Below, one piece after another: positions 1 to 9,156 of a DNA stretch of 64,000 nucleotides; position 1 is the stretch's first letter, and the number at the start of each line of letters is the position of its first letter. The position numbers and the translations under genes were made by a program. The notes beneath the pieces were generated by a model. That model ran no database searches. It had not been told where the DNA came from and saw nothing but the letters and a program-made list of their open reading frames with translations. The stretch comes from Polyangiaceae bacterium (GTDB lineage: Bacteria; Myxococcota_A; Polyangia; Polyangiales; Polyangiaceae): NCBI GenBank assembly GCA_044376115.1, contig JBILLK010000008.1:288001-352000 (forward strand), written 5' to 3'.

Positions 1-111
1 CAGCTATGACAGCCGCAAGCTCGCTGCGAGACGGGGTGTCCGAGGCTCGCTGGTTTCGGAGGCTCACCACTTCGTAGCCGCTGTCTAGCACGGCTGTGCT
101 ATTGCCGGGCC

Positions 112-1521
112 GTGGCGAAGACCCGAACACAGTCTCAGCGATCGAAGGCGACGAAGGGGAAGGACAGAAGCGCCCGCGTCAGTCAGATCAACAAGCCGGG
201 CAAAGCCGCACAACCTGCGAAGCGCGGCCCCAAGCCTGAACCGAAGTGGAAGAAGTCCACGAAGGTCGACGGAGCGCCTGCGGCACGCAGCGAGCGTGGT
301 CCCAAGACTGAGCGCGGCCCCAAGCCCGAGCGTGGCCCCAAGCCCGAGCGCGAGGCCAAGCCTGAACGCGGCTCCAAGCCCGAGCGCGGCCCCAAGCCCG
401 AGCGTGGCCCCAAGCCTGAGCGCGGCCCCAAGCCCGAGCGCGCTGGCAAAGCCGAGCGTGGCGCCAAGCCCGAACGCGCTGGCAAAGCCAAGTCCAAGGA
501 GAGCCCGCACGTAACGCGGCGGGCCGACGTTCCCAGCGAAAAATCGTCAAAACCAAAAGCGCCGGCCGCACCGGTCAACGTGGTTCGCTCAGGCACCGTG
601 GCCGTCATTGGGCGCCCGAACGTTGGTAAGTCCACCTTCCTCAACAGTGCGCTGGGGGTGGACCTAGCGATCGTCGCGGACACTCCGGGAACCACGCGCA
701 CCACTTTGCTTGGGGTCGTGCATCGCACGTTGCCCAGCGGAGAAGGCTGCGAGTTCCTCCTGCTCGATACGCCCGGTCTGCACGACGGTCACACCAAGCT
801 CAATCAGCGCATGAATCGCTCGGCCGAAACGGCAGGAGCCGAGGCAGACGTCGTGCTGTTGATGGTGGATGTGAAGGCGAAGGCCACAGGCCCGCTCTCC
901 CCCCACCGCGAAGACGTGAAGCTGCTCGAAAGCCTTTCACCCAAGACCAAGGTCGTGGTCGCGATCAACAAGGTGGATACGCTCGGAGACAAGGCCTCGC
1001 TGTTTGGCTTGCTTTCACGCTACGCCGAGATCCGCCCGGACACCGAGCTCGTTCCGCTCTCGGCGCGCAAGCTCGATGGAGTGTCGTTGCTGCTCGACGT
1101 GGTCGGTAAATTCTTGCCTGAGGGTGGCGCCGTGTTCGGGCCGGACGACCTCACCGACAAGCCAACGCGCTTCTTCGCCTCGGAGTTCGTTCGCGAGCAG
1201 ATCCTGCGCAAGGCACGCGAAGAGGTGCCCCACGCCACGGCCGTGTCCATCGACGAGTACGAGGACGGCCCGTCGAAGACTCACATCTCCTGCACCATCC
1301 ACGTCGAACGTGATGGGCAAAAGCGCATCTTGATCGGCGCCAAAGGCGAGATGCTCAAGGAGATCGGAACGCAGGCCCGACTACGTATCGAGGCCTTCAT
1401 TGGAAGGCCCGTTCACCTGACGCTTTTCGTTCGAGAGACGCCGGGATGGCGTGACGATCCTCGCTGGCTGGGCGAGCTCGGTTATGAAAACAACTCCGGC
1501 CCTCAAAGGAGCACATCGTGA
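112..1521 (+). CDS. era: GTPase Era with long basic N-terminal repeat extension
   Basis: G1 [10 protein letters not shown]3 DTPG, G4 NKVD, C-terminal KH region (REEVPHA...[25 protein letters not shown]); adjacent to der. Confidence 0.95.
   Translation: MAKTRTQSQRSKATKGKDRSARVSQINKPGKAAQPAKRGPKPEPKWKKSTKVDGAPAARSERGPKTERGPKPERGPKPEREAKPERGSKPERGPKPERGPKPERGPKPERAGKAERGAKPERAGKAKSKESPHVTRRADVPSEKSSKPKAPAAPVNVVRSGTVAVIGRPNVGKSTFLNSALGVDLAIVADTPGTTRTTLLGVVHRTLPSGEGCEFLLLDTPGLHDGHTKLNQRMNRSAETAGAEADVVLLMVDVKAKATGPLSPHREDVKLLESLSPKTKVVVAINKVDTLGDKASLFGLLSRYAEIRPDTELVPLSARKLDGVSLLLDVVGKFLPEGGAVFGPDDLTDKPTRFFASEFVREQILRKAREEVPHATAVSIDEYEDGPSKTHISCTIHVERDGQKRILIGAKGEMLKEIGTQARLRIEAFIGRPVHLTLFVRETPGWRDDPRWLGELGYENNSGPQRSTS
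292..489 (+). repeat. 11 x 18-bp coding tandem repeat (ERGPKP-type hexapeptide) in the Era N-terminus
   Basis: gagcgcggccccaagccc-like units read directly: [12 protein letters not shown] x5, [18 protein letters not shown] x2, ERGAKP. Confidence 0.95.
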
Positions 1522-2912
1522 AGCCGGTCGTTGCAATCGTCGGTCGACCCAATGTCGGCAAAAGCACCCTGTTCAATCGCATGGTGAAACATCGCTTGGC
1601 CATCGTTCACGATGAGCCGGGCGTGACCCGAGACCGCCATTACGGCGAAGTAACGGTGAAGGGCCGCGTCTTTTCATTGATCGACACGGGCGGCTTCGAT
1701 CCGACCAGCGATGACCCGATGAAGCAGGGCATCAAACAACAGATCCTCGCGGCCGTGGAAGAAGCGGACGTGATCGTGTGTGTGCTCTCGGCCCGCGAGC
1801 CCGCCACGTCGATCGAACACGCCGAGATGCAGCTGCTCCGCCAAGCCAAGCGACCGACGATCTACGTCGCCAACAAGGCCGACAACACAGCGGACGAGCA
1901 CAACGCGCTCGAGCTCTTCCGGCTCGGCATCGACAAGCTGCTCACCGTGAGCGCGCTGCATGGGCGCGGGATGGCGGAGCTTCTGACGGCCATCGTCGAC
2001 AAGCTGCCCGAAGAAACCGAGGACGAGGCGTTGCCCGACGTGCCGGAGGGGACTCCGCGCATCGCTGTGATTGGGCGCCCCAACGCAGGCAAGTCGAGTC
2101 TGATCAACCGGCTGCTCGGCACCGAGCGCATGTTGGTGGACGACAGACCCGGGACCACGCGTGACGCGGTGGACTCGGTGGTGATGCGTAACGGTAAGCC
2201 CTACGTATTCGTTGATACGGCTGGCGTACGGCGCAAGGCAAAGGTCACCAAAGAGGGCGACGCAGTCGAGGGCATGAGCGTGGGCCTCGCGATTCGCGCC
2301 ATCGAACGAGCGGACATCGTGGTGCTGATGAGCGACGCCGCCGACGGGGTCTCCGAACAAGATGCGAAGGTCCTTGGGCTGGCGGTCGATCGCGGTCGAG
2401 CCGTAGTGGTCGGTCTCAACAAGATCGATCTCGTTGAGAAGGGCGAGCTGAAGAAGCGTGAGGAGGACGCCAAAGACAAGCTGGCCTTCGCGCCCTGGGC
2501 AACCTACGTGAAGCTCTCAGCAAAAACGGGGCGCGGCGTCGACACGCTGATCGCCGCCGTCGATTCGGTGTACGCGGCCTACACCAAGCGGATTGGCACC
2601 GGCGAGCTGAACCGCTTCTTCGAAGCAGTGCTGGATACCCATCCACCGCCGACGATGGACGGGAAAGCGCCGCGGCTCTTCTTCATCACCCAAGCAGCGA
2701 CCAAACCGCCGACGTTCGTGGTGCAGGCCAGCAACCCGGACAAGCTGCATTTCTCCTACCAGCGCTACGTGTCGAATCAGATTCGCAAGACGTTCGCCTT
2801 TGACGGCGTACCGCTGGTGATCTTCTACCGAGCGCGTCGCCGGGTGGAGTTGGCCAAGAAGAAAGACCCCGGCAAGACGCGCTCGCGCCGAACCATCAAA
2901 AAGCGCGACTAA
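1518..2912 (+). CDS. der: Ribosome biogenesis GTPase Der (EngA)
   Basis: Two GTPase domains ([12 protein letters not shown]...PGVTRDR; GRPNAGKSSLIN...PGTTRD); 4-nt overlap with era. Confidence 0.97.
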   Translation: MKPVVAIVGRPNVGKSTLFNRMVKHRLAIVHDEPGVTRDRHYGEVTVKGRVFSLIDTGGFDPTSDDPMKQGIKQQILAAVEEADVIVCVLSAREPATSIEHAEMQLLRQAKRPTIYVANKADNTADEHNALELFRLGIDKLLTVSALHGRGMAELLTAIVDKLPEETEDEALPDVPEGTPRIAVIGRPNAGKSSLINRLLGTERMLVDDRPGTTRDAVDSVVMRNGKPYVFVDTAGVRRKAKVTKEGDAVEGMSVGLAIRAIERADIVVLMSDAADGVSEQDAKVLGLAVDRGRAVVVGLNKIDLVEKGELKKREEDAKDKLAFAPWATYVKLSAKTGRGVDTLIAAVDSVYAAYTKRIGTGELNRFFEAVLDTHPPPTMDGKAPRLFFITQAATKPPTFVVQASNPDKLHFSYQRYVSNQIRKTFAFDGVPLVIFYRARRRVELAKKKDPGKTRSRRTIKKRD

Positions 2913-3997
2913 ACAGGCTTTCGCACAATCTGGGTGATGACGACGCTGCGCGTGTCCTCGCCCAGCGTACTGCCGCCCTCGGTACGAAGGACCGAACAGC
3001 CGTCGGCGCTGACGTGAAGCAGCTTGCTTCGGCCTTTTCCGGAACCGCTCGTACCGTCGGTGCGCTCGGCGAGAGGAGCGACGCGCGTTCTCCTGCCGCT
3101 GCGCAAATCAACGCGATGAAGTCGTTGCTCTCGGTCCTCGGTCAACGCGGAGGAACCATCCGAGGCGAGCCACACCAACGGATGGCCGACCTTCATCGGC
3201 ACCCAGCGGTCAGCGGCGATGTTTACCCGCCAGACTCTCGCGGGGGTCGCGTCGAGATCGGAGACCACCACCTCCTCGGCGGAAGCAAAGGCCAGCTTGT
3301 TGCCGAGGCCGACGTCACCGGGACTACGCAGCTGCGAGAGAACAGCCCCATCACTCAAACGAACGATGAACAGGCTGTCGCAAAAGCCTACCGCCAGCAA
3401 ACCAGCGTGTGCCGCGAGACTTGCTCCTTTGCCGGAGGTGAAGGAAAGCCCGATCTTGCTCTCAACCTCGGGCAATACGAGGTGACGCGGTTCACCGCCA
3501 TCGAGTGGGAACAGCAACAGCCCGAACTCGCCGAGCAGCACGAGCTCACGGTCGGTGAAGAGGACAGCCTCCGGGTCGTTGTAGCTGAAGAGGGAGGTCG
3601 ACTCGCCTGCCCAGCGGTTGACGTCCAAATACCGAAACGGTCGACCAGCATGCTCGCGATCGAAGAAGTAGACGTCGTTGTATCCCGACGAGCCACCGAA
3701 GTGACCACACACCACGACGAAGTAGCGACCGCAGGCGGAGAACGCGAGGTGCCGCGGTAAGCCGAACATTTCGCTCGGGTCTAGCTCCTCGAGATCGTGC
3801 TCACGCCCATCGACGAGCAACTCGAACTCATCGCCGTCACCTTCGAGCCAGGGGTAGTCGGCAAGTTCACGCCCGGAGCGCGCATCAAACAGCTTGGCTA
3901 TGCCCTCATCCGCGATGAGCAACTGTTGACCAGCAGCATCGAGCGCCGCCTGGGGCAGGCCACACACACGCTTAGGAAGCTTGATTCGAATCGCCAT
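2909..3997 (-). CDS. Hypothetical protein, probable beta-propeller
   Basis: 362-aa ORF with repeated beta-strand/turn motifs (LAFSACGRYFVV, LASDGSSAL, VSADGCSVL). Confidence 0.6.
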   Translation of the reverse strand: MAIRIKLPKRVCGLPQAALDAAGQQLLIADEGIAKLFDARSGRELADYPWLEGDGDEFELLVDGREHDLEELDPSEMFGLPRHLAFSACGRYFVVVCGHFGGSSGYNDVYFFDREHAGRPFRYLDVNRWAGESTSLFSYNDPEAVLFTDRELVLLGEFGLLLFPLDGGEPRHLVLPEVESKIGLSFTSGKGASLAAHAGLLAVGFCDSLFIVRLSDGAVLSQLRSPGDVGLGNKLAFASAEEVVVSDLDATPARVWRVNIAADRWVPMKVGHPLVWLASDGSSALTEDREQRLHRVDLRSGRRTRVAPLAERTDGTSGSGKGRSKLLHVSADGCSVLRTEGGSTLGEDTRSVVITQIVRKPV

Positions 3998-4039
3998 GAC
4001 GCCTTCCAGCCCTCTCTTCGCCGGGCTTTGGCGCGCGCG

Positions 4040-4528
4040 TCAAGAAGTGCTTCGTCGCGAGGGAGGCTTCGAGGTCGGAGGACGGTCAAACTCGACAGCA
4101 CCAAACAGCGCGAGATCTCGCAGCCCTTCGGCGAACTCCATCGGCGAGAGCCCCGCGATCTCGAATAGCTCCAACGCGGTCAACGTGCCGTCAATGTGGC
4201 CCAGAATGGCGCGGTGAACGGGCTTGAGTGGCAGCACGACTTCGTCGACGCTTCCGGCTCGGACGCGGTCGTCGGGACGACAAACCTTGTTGAGGAGGGG
4301 CCGAGCCTGCGCCTGGGCGAAGCGGCGCCGCCACTTCTTCGTTGAGTCACTGTGGGGGTCGTGCCGCTCGAGCGTTCCCAATAGATCCCCGGCAATATCA
4401 AACTCGGAGGCCTCCAAGGCTTCGCGAAGCTGCTCACAAAGCTGCGCGTGGGCGTCACGTCCTGGACTCGTTGGCCGACTTGCCAAAGCCTGTAAGGTTG
4501 TTTCCCGCGTGACGCGCTCCCCGCTCAT
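4040..4528 (-). CDS. Hypothetical protein with C-terminal winged-helix-like motif
   Basis: ILGHIDGTLTALELFEIAGLSPMEFAEGLRDLALFGAV resembles the L..IDG..T..EL wHTH-like tails common in myxobacterial proteins. Confidence 0.6.
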   Translation of the reverse strand: MSGERVTRETTLQALASRPTSPGRDAHAQLCEQLREALEASEFDIAGDLLGTLERHDPHSDSTKKWRRRFAQAQARPLLNKVCRPDDRVRAGSVDEVVLPLKPVHRAILGHIDGTLTALELFEIAGLSPMEFAEGLRDLALFGAVEFDRPPTSKPPSRRSTS

Positions 4529-4632
4529 TCGGAAGTATTATAGCACTCCTCATGCCTTTTGTTGGCACACGAAAATTGCGTCATCTGGTCGCCGAACGCT
4601 GCCTCCGAACACGTTTGGGTGCACTCCACACC

Positions 4633-4737
4633 CAGCTCAGCTCCCAGGCGCGAGGATCTCGGAGATCCGACTCAGGTTCCGGGCGCCAGGATCTCGGAGA
4701 TCCGACTCAGGTTCCGGGCGCCAGGATCTCGGAGATC
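4633..4737. repeat. Three tandem 35-bp units duplicating the 3' end and stop codon of the ArsA-like gene
   Basis: 4703-4737 and 4668-4702 are identical (cgactcaggttccgggcgccaggatctcggagatc); 4633-4667 differs at 6 positions. Confidence 0.95.
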
Positions 4738-5864
4738 TCCGAGAGCGCCTCGAGATCGTAAACGTCGGCCGGGAACGTCGGCACGAAGACAGCCGGTGCC
4801 CCCGACTCTTCACGAACGGTGTCTAACGCAAAAAGGTGAAGCCGATCGAGGTGACCTTGGCCGTGCGCGTCACGAAGGGCAGCCTCACAACGGCCTGCGA
4901 GCTGCTCCGCGTGCTGGGGACTGAGGGCTTGCATCGACCCGAGGACCGTTGGGTCGGTCTTGGGGAAGGCGGGATTGACGCGATTCACCACGATCGCGTC
5001 GGGCCGCATCTTCTCGGCCAGCAGCCGCTCGGCGAAGAAGGTCACTTCGCGAATCGCCAAAGGGTCTGGCGTGGTTACGAGCACGTAAGCGACGTCGGGC
5101 GCTCGCAGCGTCGCGGAGACAGCATCCGCGCGCTGTTTCCAGCCGCCGAAGAGCGAATTCATCTCGTTGATGAAGCTCGCAACTTGCTCGAGAAATCCGC
5201 CGCCGGTCACTTTACCCAAGCCACGCAGCAGCACGGCCGTCGAGCGCGCCATCAAGCTAAAGCTCAACCGACCAGAGCCCTCGACGGCTTGCACGAACCA
5301 GCGAATCGCGGGGCTGTCGATGGCGCCAACGAGACGTTCCGGTGCGTCCAGAAAGTCGAGCGCGTTGGTGGTCGGCGGGGTATCGAGCAGGATCAGGTCG
5401 AAGCGCGGATCGTCGCGTAATGAATGAAGCTTCTCCATCGCCATGTACTCTTGGGTACCGGCGAGCGACGTCGAAATATAGGTATAGAGGACGTTGTTGA
5501 GGATGCGCTCGGCCCGCTCCTTCGTAGGCGCCAGCGAGCGCACCAACCCGTCGAAGGTGGCTTTGGTGTCGACCCGCATGATCGTCATGCTGCCCGAGGG
5601 CGGTACGCCGACTCGAGCCAACAGCGCTGCGTCCACCACGCGGGCCTCCGAGGAGGACCACTCCAAGCCGAGGCTTTGCGCAAGCCGCCGCGCGGGATCG
5701 ATCGTGAGACAGAGGACGCGCAAGCCGCGCCGCGCTGCTGCGAGCCCGAGCGCCGCCGTCGTGGTGGTTTTGCCCACCCCACCGCAGCCGACAGAAAGAA
5801 TCACGCGCCTGCTCGATAGGAGCGCACCGAGACGTTCGTGCTTCGGGTTTTGCGGCGGTGACAT
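4707..5864 (-). CDS. ArsA/GET3-family P-loop ATPase (Rv3680-like)
   Basis: GCGGVGKTT, TIDPARRLA, GTQEYMAMEKL, DTPPTTNALDFLDAP. Confidence 0.9.
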   Translation of the reverse strand: MSPPQNPKHERLGALLSSRRVILSVGCGGVGKTTTTAALGLAAARRGLRVLCLTIDPARRLAQSLGLEWSSSEARVVDAALLARVGVPPSGSMTIMRVDTKATFDGLVRSLAPTKERAERILNNVLYTYISTSLAGTQEYMAMEKLHSLRDDPRFDLILLDTPPTTNALDFLDAPERLVGAIDSPAIRWFVQAVEGSGRLSFSLMARSTAVLLRGLGKVTGGGFLEQVASFINEMNSLFGGWKQRADAVSATLRAPDVAYVLVTTPDPLAIREVTFFAERLLAEKMRPDAIVVNRVNPAFPKTDPTVLGSMQALSPQHAEQLAGRCEAALRDAHGQGHLDRLHLFALDTVREESGAPAVFVPTFPADVYDLEALSEISEILAPGT

Positions 5865-5946
5865 GCGTGAGGTTTCCGTTAGCTAACAGAGCCCCTGTGC
5901 CCCTGGAAGCGTTCTCTTGCGAACGGCAGCCTGGGGTTCGCTTGCA

Positions 5947-6372
5947 CTAACCTGCGCGCAAGATTCGCGTCACACCCGCGCGAGCGCGCTCGAGCGCGGG
6001 GCTGCGCGGTGCAGTGCCGCCGCGACCACAGAGCCAAACGGGCTGACCATCGAGCTCAAAAGCGAGCTGTTCGGCCTGAGCCGAGACCAACGCCACGCGA
6101 GCGCTCACCACGCTTCGGAGCCCAGCCTTGCCGAGCAACGGGGCGTAAGCAGCCAACTCCTCACAAACTGGCCACGCACCGGCGCCAGCAACCAGACATC
6201 CCGTCTCATCGGCAAGCACGAGAGCGTCGAGCGAAGCCGACCTTCGAACTTCGGCCAATTGATAGTGGAGCGCAGTGATCGGGTCGCTGCTGCGACGCCT
6301 TCTGCGCTCACTTGCGCTGCTGTTGGAGCCTTCGGGCGATACTGCCTTGGAATTCGAGCTGTTGATCGTCAT
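5947..6372 (-). CDS. Roadblock/LC7-like small protein
   Basis: ATG at 6372 within the 230-aa ORF; ERRRRRS.DPITALHYQL...LDALVLADETGCLVAGAG motif, profilin/roadblock-like pattern. Confidence 0.65.
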   Translation of the reverse strand: MTINSSNSKAVSPEGSNSSASERRRRRSSDPITALHYQLAEVRRSASLDALVLADETGCLVAGAGAWPVCEELAAYAPLLGKAGLRSVVSARVALVSAQAEQLAFELDGQPVWLCGRGGTAPRSPALERARAGVTRILRAG

Positions 6373-6501
6373 GGTGGTTGGGCTGGGAGCGCAGGCTCGA
6401 AGCACATCCTGGTCAAGGTAGCGGCTGGCGGCCAAGTTCAAGACTCGCCGACCGCGGACAATGCTGGACGGAGTCATACGAGCAGGCGTTATCCTGCGCG
6501 A

Positions 6502-9156
6502 ATGATCGAGGTCGCCCCCGAACGCTTGCTCGCCGCTGGTCGACGTTTCCGGGCGTTCTTCCTCGAACTGCGCAACTCCTTCATGGAGCGCGACGACGTG
6601 CTCGTGCAGATGGCCTTGGCACTGTTGGCGAAAGAGCACGTGCTCTTGACTGGTCCGCCTGGCACCGCGAAGAGCCAGCTCTCCTCCGCGGTGCTGGGGC
6701 GGATCGTGTGCGAAACGACTGGCGCCCCCAGCCTGTTCTCACGGCAAATCACCGAGAGCACCGTGCAGACGGATCTGATTGGGCCGATCGACTTCAAGAA
6801 CCTCACCGAGACGGGCCGCACGACGCACTTTACCGATGAAGGCATGCTGGGGGCGGCGCACGCCTTTCTCGACGAGGTATTCGACGGTCGCGACATGTTG
6901 CTTCGCTCGGCGCTCAACGTCCTACAAGAGCGCGAACTCAAGCAAGGCCAAGTGGTCACGCGCGGACGCATCGAATGCGCGGTGATGACCAGCAACCGCT
7001 ACATCTCCGAGGTGCTCGAGCAGTCGCGGGACACGTTGCTAGCCTTCGTGGACCGCATCGCCTTTGTGGGCTTTGTCCCACGCGGGTTCGCCGATCCGAG
7101 CCATCTCGCTCGCATTCTTCGGCAACGCACGCGGTCCAGCGGCAAGTTCGGGTTGGATGCCTTGCTCACCATCCAAGACCTCGACGTTCTGCAAGCTGCG
7201 GCCGATGAAGTCTTTATCGCGCCTGAGCTTTGCGATCAGCTTGCCGAGCTGCTGCAGAGCTTCGACAGCGAACTTGCGAACACCGTGCGCGCCGATCCGA
7301 GTTTCATGCCTACGCGCTACATCTCGACGCGCACCGCCGTTCGCTGCGCTGCGCTGCTGCGCGCCGCGGTGGTCTACGAATGGGCGATGGGAGCGGAGAA
7401 CCGAGCGATGGAGGCAACGCGCGAAGACCTCGGTTGGCTGCGACTGCACCTGCTGCTCGCGGGCCCATCGCCTAGCCAAGCGGAACAGCTGCAACTACGT
7501 GAGGTCGACCCGATCGAAAAGCGCCAACTCATGCTGCTGCAACGTGAGCGGGAGATCTTCGACGCCTGCTTCCGGAAGCTGCCGATGCAGGTACTTTCGC
7601 GTAAGCCGCAGGCCCCCAAACCAGCGGCTAAACCGCCGCCGCTCCCGGCGCCTACGTCGGTGACCGCCGCAAGAAAGTCCGATCTGAGAGATGTGTTGGA
7701 CATCTTGTCGGGGCGCGTCGAAACGGCGATCGCGCGCGCCGACAGCTCGGGTCTCAGCGCGCTCTTGCGAGAAATCTCGCTTCACTGCCGTAAAGAGGGT
7801 CCCGATCTCCCAAAAGCACGCGCGTTGCTCGAACGCGCAACAACTGCGGTGGCGAGCGAGGGCCTGCGCGCGACCATGCGCGTCGCCGAGCCCGAGAAGG
7901 ACCTGGTCGAAGCGGCCCGCGCCATCGTCGAGGTCGCCACCGCACTCGAGGATGGCTCCGCATCGATGCACCCGACCGCACGCTGGATGCAAGCGCGCGC
8001 TTTGGAGGTGCTCAACCAAGCCGTGCGCTTCACGACGGCGCTTGATTCAGCAACGCTGCGCGAACTCGAGAGCGCCGTTCCCTTCGATGCCCAGACCAAA
8101 TCCGAGAAGGTATTGGGCGTCGTCGAGAGAGTTGCCGAGCTCCGCAAACACCTTCTCGCTGGCTCAGCTGGCAGCAGCCCCTCCGCGGCAGACAACGAAT
8201 GGTCCGCCGCAATCGATCGAGTCGAGGCCGATCTCGTGAGACTTTGGGCTCGCGACTTCGCCCAAAGTTCGGCGACGCTGCTTAGGGACGTGGAGGCCAA
8301 AGGGCCCAGTGCGCTGCTTGCGACGCTCGCTCCCGTCTTGCGTCGACTGGACGTGGTGGATGAGCAGCTCACCCAATTCCGGAGCGAAGCTCGCAACGCT
8401 GAGCGGACCGTGAAAGCTCAGGTGGTCGGCCCCAAGCTCGTGGTGCTATTTCAAGAGACGCTCGAACGCAGCGACCTGACCGATCGCGAGGGCTTGCTCC
8501 AACAAGTACGGGACCTGGTTGCAACCCTTGGGGAGCACGGGCTCTCGAGCGCCATCCCGGTCGACCAATGGCTCACGCTCGTAGCGCGGGCGCTCGACGC
8601 TCGCGAGCCGGAAGTCGAGGCGGCAGATACAAGCCTCGACTTCTCGGGCTACCGGCGGATGCGAGCCCGCGAACAGCGGACGCCCCTAGCGTGTACCTTG
8701 GCTGAGGTGGCGCTGATCGTTGACCCACGGCTTTCAAAGGGTCTGGGCCAAGACGGCCCGCTCGAGTTGCCGAAAGTCCTCGGCCTCGTGAGCCCGTCGT
8801 TGCGCGAGGAGATCGTCGCGCACGATCTGGCGCGGGCCAATCGTGCGATTCGCTTCCTCGAGGACTGGTGGCAGTCGCTCGCACCGAAGCAGTTGGGACA
8901 AGCCACGACCCAGGAGAGCGACGCTCTCGCAGACTCGGGGCTGCTCGAGATCGTTTGGGGGGAAAGTGCGCTCGCTCGCTTTGCGTTGGAGATGCATCTT
9001 CTTGAGCAGCTCATCCCGGAGTCCTCACGAAAGGCCGCTAAACTCCAGAAGCGCATCGCTTTGCTTCAAGCCGCGATCCGTGAAGCCGGGCTTGGCATCG
9101 CAGACACCCACGCACGCTCAGCTTGGAGTCGCGCGGTCAGCAACGATGAAGCCTGA
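6502..9156 (+). CDS. MoxR/RavA-type AAA+ ATPase with long helical C-terminal extension
   Basis: EHVLLTGPPGTAKS (Walker A), AFLDEVF (Walker B), LNVLQERE, TSN, AFVDR; likely start ATG 6502. Confidence 0.88.
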   Translation: MIEVAPERLLAAGRRFRAFFLELRNSFMERDDVLVQMALALLAKEHVLLTGPPGTAKSQLSSAVLGRIVCETTGAPSLFSRQITESTVQTDLIGPIDFKNLTETGRTTHFTDEGMLGAAHAFLDEVFDGRDMLLRSALNVLQERELKQGQVVTRGRIECAVMTSNRYISEVLEQSRDTLLAFVDRIAFVGFVPRGFADPSHLARILRQRTRSSGKFGLDALLTIQDLDVLQAAADEVFIAPELCDQLAELLQSFDSELANTVRADPSFMPTRYISTRTAVRCAALLRAAVVYEWAMGAENRAMEATREDLGWLRLHLLLAGPSPSQAEQLQLREVDPIEKRQLMLLQREREIFDACFRKLPMQVLSRKPQAPKPAAKPPPLPAPTSVTAARKSDLRDVLDILSGRVETAIARADSSGLSALLREISLHCRKEGPDLPKARALLERATTAVASEGLRATMRVAEPEKDLVEAARAIVEVATALEDGSASMHPTARWMQARALEVLNQAVRFTTALDSATLRELESAVPFDAQTKSEKVLGVVERVAELRKHLLAGSAGSSPSAADNEWSAAIDRVEADLVRLWARDFAQSSATLLRDVEAKGPSALLATLAPVLRRLDVVDEQLTQFRSEARNAERTVKAQVVGPKLVVLFQETLERSDLTDREGLLQQVRDLVATLGEHGLSSAIPVDQWLTLVARALDAREPEVEAADTSLDFSGYRRMRAREQRTPLACTLAEVALIVDPRLSKGLGQDGPLELPKVLGLVSPSLREEIVAHDLARANRAIRFLEDWWQSLAPKQLGQATTQESDALADSGLLEIVWGESALARFALEMHLLEQLIPESSRKAAKLQKRIALLQAAIREAGLGIADTHARSAWSRAVSNDEA

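Noticed and set aside
1..88. Possible 3' end of an upstream gene (open frame to TAG at 86-88)
   Set aside because: Too short to assign or support
85..510. Hydrophobic LGLGAA-repeat ORF on the minus strand
   Set aside because: It is the antisense shadow of the Era hexapeptide repeat
4563..4580. Possible sigma-54 promoter tggcac...ttgc
   Set aside because: GG-to-GC spacing is 12 nt rather than 10, and it points away from the adjacent gene
4633..4737. 35-bp palindromic repeats as a CRISPR array
   Set aside because: Units are contiguous with no spacers, they derive from the gene end, and no cas genes are present
5917..6501. N-terminal 195 aa of the 1079-aa ORF
   Set aside because: It is antisense to the better-supported roadblock-like gene; the ATPase homology begins at ATG 6502
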